A stretch of 64,000 nt of DNA from contig CAZBGZ010000001.1 in NCBI GenBank assembly GCA_964491925.1, forward strand, positions 257,621 to 321,620. The letters are read 5' to 3'. A program made the position numbers and the translations under genes. Shown here in pieces: positions 19,574 through 28,847 of this stretch (position 1 is the first letter of the stretch; the number at the start of each line of letters is the position of its first letter). The notes beneath the pieces were generated by a model, which was not told where the DNA came from, searched no databases, and saw only the letters and a program-made list of their open reading frames with translations. Source of the stretch: an uncultured Candidatus Saccharibacteria bacterium (lineage in GTDB: Bacteria; Patescibacteriota; Saccharimonadia; Saccharimonadales; JAGQNJ01).

Positions 19574-21100
19574 ATGGACCAAACAGCTAAACAAAGCACA
19601 GTTGACCGCATACAGCAGGCAACAAACGTCCTGGTGACGGTCAGTAATGACCCATCAGTCGACCAACTATCAGCGTGTATTGGTTTAACGCTGTTTTTGA
19701 ACAAGCTTGGCAAGCACGCAACGGCTGTATTTAGTGGCAAAGTTCCATCTACACTAGAGTTTTTACAACCAGATAAAACTATAGAAAAAGACACTGATAG
19801 TTTGAGAGATTTCATTATTTCATTAGACAAATCCAAGGCCGACAAACTTCGATACAAGGTCGAAGACAAGGTGGTGAAGATATTTATAACCCCATATAGG
19901 ACCTCGCTGTCGGATAAAGATTTAGACTTTAGCCAAGGTGATTTCAACGTTGACGTGGTTATCGCATTAGGTGTGCATGGAAAAGAAGAGTTAGACAGGG
20001 CAATAGTGGCTCATGGCAGAATTCTGCATGATGCAACAGTGATTTCTATTAACAACGAAACAGCTAGCACAATAGGCACAATTAACTGGCAAGACCCTCA
20101 AGCGAGTTCGTTGTGCGAGATGTTAGTTGAAATGGCTGATGTAATGCAGCCGGATAGTTTTGATGGACAAATGGCAACTTCATTTTTGACCGGTATTGTT
20201 GCAGAGACGAAGCGTTTTAGCAACGAAAAAACAACCTCTAGGACCATGACTCTAAGTGCTCAGTTGATGGCGTCTGGGGCAAATCAGCAACTGGTAGCTA
20301 CACAACTACAATCAATCGGCGGCACCAAATCTTCTAGAAATGATGAAACTAGTGAAGTTGATGATGATGGGACCCTTGATATAGACCATGATTCATCGGA
20401 AGAAGATCAACCAGATGTACCCTTACCGGAACCATCTACATCAAATGATCAAAACAGCCCGATTAACAACGTGAAAAGTGAAGATTATTCTCAAGATGGA
20501 AGTAGCTTGCGGACAGCATCTACAATTTCAGGTCACTCTGATGGACCAGAAAGGAGTGGCTCGCTTACGGCAAACACCAGGCCTGAAGAGTCGACAGCGA
20601 CAGCCGATCCTTTGATAGGGGGCGATAATGGTGGACTAATAAAGAAAGATGACGATTGGGTTATGGGCAGGACAGCCCCCAACGATCTAGGGGACAAGAA
20701 GCTATCCACAATTGAAGATGCGGTCATAGACCAAGACAAGACTATATCGGATATTGAAAAAACAGTTGGTAGCTCTCACATCGGCACGCCTAGCTCAACT
20801 GCTGCACCAGCTATCTCTGCACTGGAAGAAACTGCAAAGAATCTAGCAGAAGAGATGCCCAACCAACCAACCGCTAGGGTTGGTTCAACCCCGCTTGATA
20901 TGAATGTTCAGGGGCAGCAACCCAGACCAGCTGACTATTTTGTAAATACTAACGTACCGGAAAGACAAAATACCAATAGCCAGTCTCTGAGTTTACCCTC
21001 AGACCCAGGCATCCCCCCCGAACAAACAGCAGCAGCTAACGATAGTCCGTCAGCACCACCTCCGGTACCACCCCCAATGATGCCGCCAGCATCTAGTTAA
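19574..21100 (+). CDS. DHH-family phosphoesterase-like protein (degenerate) with long acidic/Pro-rich tail
   Basis: DHH-fold motifs (P.VD, SSLCE, TGIVAETKRF) but 'ISINNE' at the expected DHH position. Confidence 0.7.
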   Translation: MDQTAKQSTVDRIQQATNVLVTVSNDPSVDQLSACIGLTLFLNKLGKHATAVFSGKVPSTLEFLQPDKTIEKDTDSLRDFIISLDKSKADKLRYKVEDKVVKIFITPYRTSLSDKDLDFSQGDFNVDVVIALGVHGKEELDRAIVAHGRILHDATVISINNETASTIGTINWQDPQASSLCEMLVEMADVMQPDSFDGQMATSFLTGIVAETKRFSNEKTTSRTMTLSAQLMASGANQQLVATQLQSIGGTKSSRNDETSEVDDDGTLDIDHDSSEEDQPDVPLPEPSTSNDQNSPINNVKSEDYSQDGSSLRTASTISGHSDGPERSGSLTANTRPEESTATADPLIGGDNGGLIKKDDDWVMGRTAPNDLGDKKLSTIEDAVIDQDKTISDIEKTVGSSHIGTPSSTAAPAISALEETAKNLAEEMPNQPTARVGSTPLDMNVQGQQPRPADYFVNTNVPERQNTNSQSLSLPSDPGIPPEQTAAANDSPSAPPPVPPPMMPPASS

Positions 21101-21143
21101 TACTTGCCTAAGTTTAGATTTTGCCTGCATACTGTTTTGGTAT

Positions 21144-21809
21144 ATGAATGGTATTTTATTGATAGACAAGCCTAAGGGTTGGACCAGTTTTGACGTTGTG
21201 GCCAAGGTTAGAGGCATGGTCAAGCAATCGACAGGCCAAAAACGTCCAAAAGTCGGTCATGCCGGTACTTTGGACCCGCTAGCTACCGGATTACTCATTA
21301 TTTTGGTTGGAAATTACTGCAAAAAGGCTCAGGAGTACTCAAAACTAGACAAAACCTATGAGGTCCAGCTAAAACTCGGTGAAACCAGTACGACAGATGA
21401 CGCAGAGGGCGAAATCACCAAATCTAGCAACAAGATCCCGTCAAAAGACGAAGTTTTAAAATCGATTAACAGTTTTGTGGGTGAAATACAGCAAGCCCCG
21501 CCAATATATAGTGCTATAAAAATTGATGGCAAACGGGCTTATAAATTAGCGAGGGAAGGCAAGCAGCCCGAAATGAAACCCAGACTAGTCACTATATACT
21601 CGATTACAAATATTGATTACGAATATCCATTCATTAACTTCACAACAGAGGTCAGCAGTGGCACTTATATTCGTTCACTCGTTCGAGACACAGGCGAAAA
21701 ACTAGGAATAGGCGCCTACATGACAGGCCTTCGAAGGACATCCATAGGAAAATATAAAATTGAAGATGCAAGAGAGACCGATAATCTGAACCTTGACGAA
21801 AATAGGTAA
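21144..21809 (+). CDS. truB: tRNA pseudouridine(55) synthase
   Basis: DKPKGWTSFDVV, KVGHAGTLDPLATG, PPIYSAIK, SSGTYIRSL. Confidence 0.97.
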   Translation: MNGILLIDKPKGWTSFDVVAKVRGMVKQSTGQKRPKVGHAGTLDPLATGLLIILVGNYCKKAQEYSKLDKTYEVQLKLGETSTTDDAEGEITKSSNKIPSKDEVLKSINSFVGEIQQAPPIYSAIKIDGKRAYKLAREGKQPEMKPRLVTIYSITNIDYEYPFINFTTEVSSGTYIRSLVRDTGEKLGIGAYMTGLRRTSIGKYKIEDARETDNLNLDENR

Positions 21810-21894
21810 TTTTATCCTTAGCAAAAGTCTACGAGAAAGAGCTCTGACACTAGAATATTTGATATAATCTTGTAAGTGTGAGCATATATTATAT

Positions 21895-22779
21895 ATGCAT
21901 AGTGTTATTGCGCGTCATGAAACTGTTCCCGCAAGTGATGGTACAGAAATTTACAATCCTGACTTAGTGTACCAAGGAGGGGCTGTAAGTAGTGATGTTA
22001 TAACTTTACGTCTAGCAAAAGATGCGGCCCACAACAAACTTGGTAGCGACATTGTAGTCCCTGAGCTAGCTGTTCAAGCAACAGGTTCTGTTTTTGAAAG
22101 TACTGCTCAGGTTGAAGTAGATGGTCTAAAAGTTAACGTGACCATTGATACCGGGAAGATGAAGTGGGAATATCCTGAGGGTGTTATAAGAGATGACTTT
22201 TTGGATTATGAAGGTACTAGACGCCAATCTGCACTTTTTACTTACGGTGGCGAACTTTTGCTTAGGGGTCACGACTCTCCGTTAACAATTGCTCGGCAAT
22301 CTATGGTGACACCAGACGACAAACCAGTTTTTGCTTGGTTTGCTGAGATGCCCGCAAGTATAGAGTATGTAGCGACGCGGTATGGCTTAATCGAACTAGC
22401 GAGTTTTTGTATACAGCTCTATCAAAAGGCTAAAGCTGATACTCCTCTAGAGTATTTTGACAAAATCAGTGTGCCCGCCGTGGAGACTGACTTTACGGAT
22501 AGTCTCGATGAAATTGAAAAGGCTAACCCTATATTAGAAAGCGCTGTTCAGCGAGTGCAATTAGCGCTTGACTATACTGGAGCTAGAGCTATGGCAACAA
22601 CTGAAATGGTTCTACGAGGGGCCCCGCCCCCAACTCGACGTTACGAATTTGGAAAACATGGGGATGTAAGCTACTGGTTTACAGGAGTAGATGATAAGGA
22701 AACTACACCGTTCGCTGTTACTCACACAAAACCCGAATCATGGTTAACACCATCAGAGAATGCCAATTTTGACTTCTAG
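21895..22779 (+). CDS. Hypothetical protein with serpin-like C-terminus
   Basis: 'ISVPAV', 'AVQRVQLALDYTGARAMATTEMVLRG' and 'EFG..GDVSYWF' resemble the serpin s5A/hinge/RCL/s4B region. Confidence 0.45.
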   Translation: MHSVIARHETVPASDGTEIYNPDLVYQGGAVSSDVITLRLAKDAAHNKLGSDIVVPELAVQATGSVFESTAQVEVDGLKVNVTIDTGKMKWEYPEGVIRDDFLDYEGTRRQSALFTYGGELLLRGHDSPLTIARQSMVTPDDKPVFAWFAEMPASIEYVATRYGLIELASFCIQLYQKAKADTPLEYFDKISVPAVETDFTDSLDEIEKANPILESAVQRVQLALDYTGARAMATTEMVLRGAPPPTRRYEFGKHGDVSYWFTGVDDKETTPFAVTHTKPESWLTPSENANFDF

Positions 22780-22807
22780 TATAAAGTTCAACCCGATAAA
22801 TTTAACC

Positions 22808-22835
22808 TTGACAAATATATAATAACTGATACAAT
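22808..22835 (+). promoter_or_regulatory. Sigma70 promoter, probably leaderless
   Basis: TTGACA-N16-TACAAT with TG extension; ATG 7 nt downstream. Confidence 0.65.
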
Positions 22836-22842
22836 ATAGAAT

Positions 22843-23151
22843 ATGAGTATAAGGAAACGAGTTGGCGAGTTTTTGCATGGTAGCCAACCGTACACAACAG
22901 AGCAACAAGAAGCGTTAGGCGATAGAAACAGATTAGCTAAATACGCAGCTACGCTGGGCGGTGGTGCGCTTTTATTCGCTGGGGCTGCTGTAATCGGAGT
23001 CCAGAATGGTCACGAGCTCCTCGAATCTACAACGGTGACATTAGATGTTGTATCAGGTGGACTTGCATTTGGCGCAGGCTGGATGACAAGAGCGGCTGTT
23101 CAGGCGCAAGCAGAAGTAGTAAGAGTAAGCACTCCACAAACCGAACTGTAG
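22843..23151 (+). CDS. Small hypothetical membrane protein (2 TM)
   Basis: Two Gly/Ala-rich hydrophobic segments; own promoter. Confidence 0.6.
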   Translation: MSIRKRVGEFLHGSQPYTTEQQEALGDRNRLAKYAATLGGGALLFAGAAVIGVQNGHELLESTTVTLDVVSGGLAFGAGWMTRAAVQAQAEVVRVSTPQTEL

Positions 23152-23269
23152 AAAAACAACGACTCGTGTTTATATATTAGTCTGGTTGTTAACGTTGTGA
23201 TAATGGTTGAACACATAAATAATTCTTACCTCTTGATAAGCGATGGTAATGGTGTTAGAATGGATGCGA

Positions 23270-23536
23270 ATGATAGTAAAAGAGAAGAAGCAAGCAATAA
23301 TTACTGACTTGCAAAAAGGGAAGAATGACAACGGCAGTAGCGCTGTACAAGTTGGTGTTTTGACTGCGCGTATCGCAGAGATTACCGAACACTTACAGAC
23401 GAACAAGCACGACCACATGGCACGCCGTGGATTGTTGCAAATGGTCGGAAAGCGTAAACGACATCTGGCATATATTGCGAAACAAGACAGCAAAGAGTAT
23501 TTAGCATTAATCAAAAAACTCGGGCTTCGAAGGTAA
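23270..23536 (+). CDS. rpsO: 30S ribosomal protein S15
   Basis: GSSAVQV..LT.RI..ITEHL..NKHD...RRGLL.MVGKR; start taken at MIVKE; upstream of pnp. Confidence 0.96.
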   Translation: MIVKEKKQAIITDLQKGKNDNGSSAVQVGVLTARIAEITEHLQTNKHDHMARRGLLQMVGKRKRHLAYIAKQDSKEYLALIKKLGLRR

Positions 23537-23700
23537 ATTTGCATAGACTTTCTAGGGCTAGTTAGCCTTACAGCTTGTGCACATTAACAGCTAACGGTAT
23601 CGTGCCGTAGCAACAGATATATGACCGTTCGAATAAGCACAGGGGCGGAACCAGTATATTTGAACTATGGCCCGAACGTTTGCAAGATAGAAAGGAATCC

Positions 23701-25824
23701 ATGGGAACAATAAATCCATTTGGAAAAGACATTATAAAAGTAGAAACAGATTTTTGTGGTAAAAAGCTGTCATTAGAAGTAGGGCGAGTTGGTTTTCGTG
23801 CCACCGCCTCAGTATTAGTACGTTACGGAGATACAGTAGTGCTCGGCACGGCAATGGTTAGTAATAAAAGTGCTCAGGGCTTTGACTATTTCCCACTTAG
23901 CATAGATTATGAAGAAAAAATGTACGCTGCAGGAAAAATCAGTGGCTCTCGATTTATAAAAAGAGAAGGCCGTCCCAGTGACGACGCAATTTTAATAGGT
24001 CGTCTAATAGACCGTCCAATTCGTCCATTGTGGCCGAAGGGCTACCGCAACGAAGTTCAGGGTGTAGCATCCGTTATGAGTATGGACCCAGACTTTCGCC
24101 CTGACGCGGTTGCCATGATTGCCCTATCTAGTGCATTCATGCTGAGCGGAGCGCCATTCGACGGTCCGGTTGCCGGAGTTCGCATCGGGATGGTTGATGG
24201 CAAGCCGAAAGCTTTTGCAAAACCAGAGGAGCTAAGAGATGGCAAATTAGACCTAGTTGTGGCCGGTACAGAGAACGGCGTAATGATGGTAGAGGCTGGC
24301 GCATCAGAAGTGAGTGAAGATGAAATGGCTGAAGCTATTGAATATGGGTATAAAATGATTCAACCAGCTATAAAATTGCAACAAGAATTAACCAAGAAAA
24401 TTGGTGTCACAAATCAGGATTACGAGTTAATACTACCAGACAGCGACATTCAGGATCGTGTTGACAGTTGGTTAGCCGGGAAACTAGGCGCGGGATTACG
24501 CATGCCATACCCAGAGCGTAACGATTTAGTAAATAAACTGCGTGATTCAATGCACGAGCATTTTACAGAAGAGTTCGGTGATGATTTTTCCGAACTAAAG
24601 AGTGATTATAACGATGCATTCACTATGGCGCTTCACAAAGATGTTAGAAAGGGCATCGTTGACGACAACGCACGCCCAGATGGCCGCGCCCTGACAGAAG
24701 TCAGACAACTGTCTAGCGAAATAGGCATATTGCCAAGAGCCCACGGGTCTAGTCTATTTACTCGCGGCCTAACCCAGGCTTTCAATATCGTGACACTAGC
24801 ACCTCTCAGTTACGCGCAGATGGTAGACACTATGGAAGGCAGTGGCGAACGACGTTATTTGCACCACTACAACGCACCAGGATGGACAGTTGGTGAAGTA
24901 AAACGACTTGGTTCTCCTGGCCGACGTGAAATCGGTCATGGATATCTAGCAGAACGGGCTGTAACAGCTGTTTTACCATCCGAGGCAGAATTTCCTTACA
25001 CTATACGTTCAGTAACCGAAATCATGAGCCAGAATGGTTCTACATCAATGGCAGCAACTTGCTCTAGCGTGTTGGCGCTAATGGATGCAGGTGTGCCACT
25101 AAAACGACCAGTTAGTGGAATCGCTATGGGTTTGATGGTAGATGGCAATAAGACTTATATACTAAGCGACATTGCTGATGCAGAGGACTTTGCTGGTGAT
25201 ATGGACTTTAAAGTTACGGGTACTGAAAAAGGAATAACGGCTTTGCAGATGGATATGAAAGTCCATGGTCTTCCGGTGGCAACACTAAACGAAGCGTTAA
25301 TGCAGGGTAAGGACGGTCGCGCACACATCCTAAAGCATATGATAGAAACAATTGCACAGCCAAAGAAGGAAATGAGCCCATATGCGCCAAGAATCGATAC
25401 TATAACTATAAATCCTGAAAAAATAAGAGATGTTATAGGCAAGGGCGGAGAGATGATCAACAAAATTATTGCCGAAACAGGTGCTGAGATTGACATCAAG
25501 GACGACGGCACAGTTATGATTGCTAGTAACGACCAGCTTTCTAGAGACAAGGCAGTGCAGTGGGTAAAAATGCTGACAGCCGAGCCTGAAGTCGGGATGA
25601 TATACGAGAACTGTCGGGTGGTAAGCGTGTTGGATTTTGGAGCTTTTGTAGAAATTATGCCTGGCAAAGAAGGTCTAGTGCATGTTTCTGAGCTATCCGA
25701 AGAGCGTGTCAGTAAACCAAGTGACGTTATATCTGTTGACGACCGCGTTACTGTCAAACTTCAGGCGATTGACGAAAAAGGTCGACTAAACCTTAGCATG
25801 AAAGCCGCCAAGAAAAAGCAGTGA
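23701..25824 (+). CDS. pnp: Polyribonucleotide nucleotidyltransferase
   Basis: RLIDRPIRP, RREIGHG, NGSTSMA, GDMDFKV, KH and S1 domains; SD AAGGA before 23701. Confidence 0.98.
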   Translation: MGTINPFGKDIIKVETDFCGKKLSLEVGRVGFRATASVLVRYGDTVVLGTAMVSNKSAQGFDYFPLSIDYEEKMYAAGKISGSRFIKREGRPSDDAILIGRLIDRPIRPLWPKGYRNEVQGVASVMSMDPDFRPDAVAMIALSSAFMLSGAPFDGPVAGVRIGMVDGKPKAFAKPEELRDGKLDLVVAGTENGVMMVEAGASEVSEDEMAEAIEYGYKMIQPAIKLQQELTKKIGVTNQDYELILPDSDIQDRVDSWLAGKLGAGLRMPYPERNDLVNKLRDSMHEHFTEEFGDDFSELKSDYNDAFTMALHKDVRKGIVDDNARPDGRALTEVRQLSSEIGILPRAHGSSLFTRGLTQAFNIVTLAPLSYAQMVDTMEGSGERRYLHHYNAPGWTVGEVKRLGSPGRREIGHGYLAERAVTAVLPSEAEFPYTIRSVTEIMSQNGSTSMAATCSSVLALMDAGVPLKRPVSGIAMGLMVDGNKTYILSDIADAEDFAGDMDFKVTGTEKGITALQMDMKVHGLPVATLNEALMQGKDGRAHILKHMIETIAQPKKEMSPYAPRIDTITINPEKIRDVIGKGGEMINKIIAETGAEIDIKDDGTVMIASNDQLSRDKAVQWVKMLTAEPEVGMIYENCRVVSVLDFGAFVEIMPGKEGLVHVSELSEERVSKPSDVISVDDRVTVKLQAIDEKGRLNLSMKAAKKKQ

Positions 25825-25842
25825 TAAACAAGGAATCTTAGA

Positions 25843-26067
25843 ATGGTTCAGAGAAAGAAGCTACAGAAACAATCCGTACACCCAGCTCAAACACCAGGTG
25901 GTTACATTATCACTGGTCTGATAATGTGGGCTATTGGTTATTTGCTTTCGATTCTCGCAGTTGATAGCGGCAGTTTATTGCAGTGGGCAGGGACCGCGAT
26001 GGCGTTTATATGGGGCTCGGTGCGTGTAATTCAGGGTGTCGTTCGGGCCCTATCAGATAAAAAATAG
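25843..26067 (+). CDS. Small membrane protein
   Basis: Two TM helices; SD AAGGA. Confidence 0.6.
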   Translation: MVQRKKLQKQSVHPAQTPGGYIITGLIMWAIGYLLSILAVDSGSLLQWAGTAMAFIWGSVRVIQGVVRALSDKK

Positions 26068-26068
26068 T

Positions 26069-26635
26069 ATGAGCACGAAACAAGATCAATTAAACAAGCT
26101 AAAGAAGCAAATTATTGATAATAATGTCTGCCCGGATTTATCCAAAACAGCAACCCAGCTAGTTTTTGGGGATGGAAACTCTAATGCGGAACTGGTTTTT
26201 GTCGGCGAAGCACCTGGGAAAAATGAAGACCTTCAGGGCTTACCATTTGTTGGTGCTGCCGGCAAATTTTTGAACGAAATGCTCGAAACAATCGGGTTGA
26301 AACGCGCAGATGTATACATTACTAATATCGTAAAGTACCGCCCCCCGAATAACCGTGATCCACTACCAGAGGAAAAAATCGCATTTTTACCATATTTGCG
26401 CAAGCAGATAGAGATAATAAAACCAAAGCTTATTGTCACGCTTGGTAGGCATTCAATGGAATGTTTTCTACCAAGCCTGAAAATTAGCCAGGCGCACGGT
26501 CAGCCGAAACGTTTGCAGGGACAAGTTTACCTGCCACTGTTTCATCCGGCTGCCGCACTGTATAACGGAGGACTGAGAAAAACTTTATTAGATGATTTTT
26601 CCAGGATTCCCATCATATTAAACGAAATTAAATAA
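26069..26635 (+). CDS. Uracil-DNA glycosylase family 4
   Basis: VGEAPG..ED..G.PFVG.AG, YITNIVKYRPPNNRDP, FHPAAALY. Confidence 0.93.
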   Translation: MSTKQDQLNKLKKQIIDNNVCPDLSKTATQLVFGDGNSNAELVFVGEAPGKNEDLQGLPFVGAAGKFLNEMLETIGLKRADVYITNIVKYRPPNNRDPLPEEKIAFLPYLRKQIEIIKPKLIVTLGRHSMECFLPSLKISQAHGQPKRLQGQVYLPLFHPAAALYNGGLRKTLLDDFSRIPIILNEIK

Positions 26636-26665
26636 AACATTTTTAAAAAGGAGATATTCAAAATA

Positions 26666-28747
26666 ATGAATACAAATAATAATAAACCCGGGACTAATAA
26701 ACCGCCCCGGAACCAAAATAATAATCGGCCAAATGGCCGAACCAATACCCCAAAAAATGGGGGGCTAGCCTCGTCTAGAGGCGCAGCTATTCGTGCTCAA
26801 AAGCGTAGCCTGGACGATGCTCGGAAGATGGTGGACCAATATAGGGCCGCCAAACCAACAGAAGGCAAATCGCGACGTGCGAACGTAATTACTGAAGATT
26901 TTGACAAGCTCAAGATTACTTTTCTGGGTGGGCAAGAAGCTATCGGTGAGAAAAACATGCAAGTTATCGAGTGGCAAAATGACGCCATTATACTCGACTG
27001 CGGGAACAGTTTAGGAATTGAACTGCCAGGTATCAACTACAGTATTGCCGACACGACTTACTTGGACGGCATAAAACACAAAATTCGTGCCTATATCATC
27101 AGCCATGGGCACCTTGACCACCTTGGCGGCCTCAAACACATCGTGCCAAAATACCCAGCTCCCATTTACGCTTCTCGTTTCACTATGGGTGTAATTGAGA
27201 AATCATTTGAAGATGTGCCGCAAGGGGCAGAACACTACACGCCAAAAACAGTTGTTATGAACATGGATAATCACGAAAGACTAAAAGTTGGAGTATTCAT
27301 GGTGGAACTAGTCCGCATCACGCATTCGGTTCCAGAGTCTAGCGCAATTGTCGTAGATACGCCTATTGGGCGGGTAATTAACACTGGCGACTGGCGCCTA
27401 GACCCAGAGCCACTCGACGAAAAGCCTACTGATGTTGTCCGTCTGAAACAGCTTGGACAAGAAGGGGTTTTGTTGCTGATGAGCGACAGTACTGGGACGG
27501 ATAAAGAGGGACGAACACCGACGGAATCAACCCTGCAACAGAGTTTCCACGATGTTATAGGTCAAGCGCAAGGTCGAGTGTTTGTGGCTATGTTCTCTAG
27601 TAATATGAACCGAACACAAATGGTAATTAACGCCGCTGTCGCCGCTGGTAGAAAAGTTGCTCTCGACGGACGAGGCATGTTGGCATATTCTGAAATTGCT
27701 GTGCGCCAAGGGCTTTTAAAAGTTCCAAAAGGTACGCTTATGGCTATGCGGGATATTGCAAAGATCGCAGACGATAAAATATTGGTTATGTGTACTGGTG
27801 GTCAGGGAGAGCCAAACGCCGCCCTAACCCGAATGAGTGATGGCACCCACAGCCATATAAAACTACATCCTGGCGATACTGTGGTAGTTAGCTCTACTCC
27901 AATACCAGGTAACGAAATTCGCTATCAGTTGATAGGTGACCAGCTAACAGAGCTGGGCGTACATATATTTAGTCATCCAACCCATGATATTGATGGCTGC
28001 GGTCCTCTGCACGTTTCGGGGCATGCACGAAGAGACGAATACAGAGAATTGCTTCATATCGTTAAACCAACTTACTTTTTGCCAATTTATGCAGGCGCAA
28101 GACACAGAAAGCGATACATTGAAATGGCTGTCGAAGAGGGGTGGAAACGAGATAGTACAATTCTAGCCAAGAATGGTGAAAGCATACTTCTAAGTTCTGA
28201 TAAGTGGGAGCGCGGTCCCGAGGCACCTTACGGCACAATATTAGTCGACCAGACTGGTGCAGTTGTGAGCAACGTTGTCGTAAAAGACAGAGTTATATTA
28301 GCCGAAGAGGGCATGGTTGCTGTTGTGCTTACTATTGACCGCAAGAGTGGCCAACTATTAACTAGCCCTGATATTCTGACCAGAGGATTCATCTATATCC
28401 GTGATTCTGAAGAGCTAATGACTGGGCTCCGAACAGAGCTACGCCGGGCAGTCTCACAGCGTTATAAACGAATTGATTTGGACCGTTTCAAGGCCGAGCT
28501 GAAAGACCACGTCACGCATTACTTGTACGACCAGACACAGCGTTCACCTATAGTAATACCTGTCGTAAACGTAATCAACGGCAGCAAAGTCAACGACAAG
28601 CCGACTAGCCAAAGAGCCAATAAAGATGGCCGTCCTGAGAAACCTCAAGAAGAAGTAAAATCTCCTGAAGATATGGCCGAAGAACAAAAACATCGATTTG
28701 AAGAAATGCGAGCTCGTTTGTTAAACCCAGATTCTCGCCCAGAGTAA
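26666..28747 (+). CDS. rnj: Ribonuclease J
   Basis: HGHLDHLG, THSVPE, TGDWR, CTGGQGEP, PIPGNE, LHVSGHA. Confidence 0.95.
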   Translation: MNTNNNKPGTNKPPRNQNNNRPNGRTNTPKNGGLASSRGAAIRAQKRSLDDARKMVDQYRAAKPTEGKSRRANVITEDFDKLKITFLGGQEAIGEKNMQVIEWQNDAIILDCGNSLGIELPGINYSIADTTYLDGIKHKIRAYIISHGHLDHLGGLKHIVPKYPAPIYASRFTMGVIEKSFEDVPQGAEHYTPKTVVMNMDNHERLKVGVFMVELVRITHSVPESSAIVVDTPIGRVINTGDWRLDPEPLDEKPTDVVRLKQLGQEGVLLLMSDSTGTDKEGRTPTESTLQQSFHDVIGQAQGRVFVAMFSSNMNRTQMVINAAVAAGRKVALDGRGMLAYSEIAVRQGLLKVPKGTLMAMRDIAKIADDKILVMCTGGQGEPNAALTRMSDGTHSHIKLHPGDTVVVSSTPIPGNEIRYQLIGDQLTELGVHIFSHPTHDIDGCGPLHVSGHARRDEYRELLHIVKPTYFLPIYAGARHRKRYIEMAVEEGWKRDSTILAKNGESILLSSDKWERGPEAPYGTILVDQTGAVVSNVVVKDRVILAEEGMVAVVLTIDRKSGQLLTSPDILTRGFIYIRDSEELMTGLRTELRRAVSQRYKRIDLDRFKAELKDHVTHYLYDQTQRSPIVIPVVNVINGSKVNDKPTSQRANKDGRPEKPQEEVKSPEDMAEEQKHRFEEMRARLLNPDSRPE

Positions 28748-28760
28748 GAGGCATACTAGT

Positions 28761-28789
28761 TTGACAAATGTTGTATATTTTGCTATAAT
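28761..28789 (+). promoter_or_regulatory. Consensus sigma70 promoter upstream of ftsK
   Basis: TTGACA-N17-TATAAT with TG extension; a second TGGTATAAT at 28828-28836. Confidence 0.75.
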
Positions 28790-28847
28790 AAGTATATGTT
28801 GAAACTAGTAGTAACAGATGACTAACCTGGTATAATCTAAAACAGTT

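Noticed and set aside
23537-23700. tRNA or riboswitch between rpsO and pnp
   Set aside because: Some pairing potential exists, but no cloverleaf or known aptamer is recognisable; probably the pnp 5' UTR.
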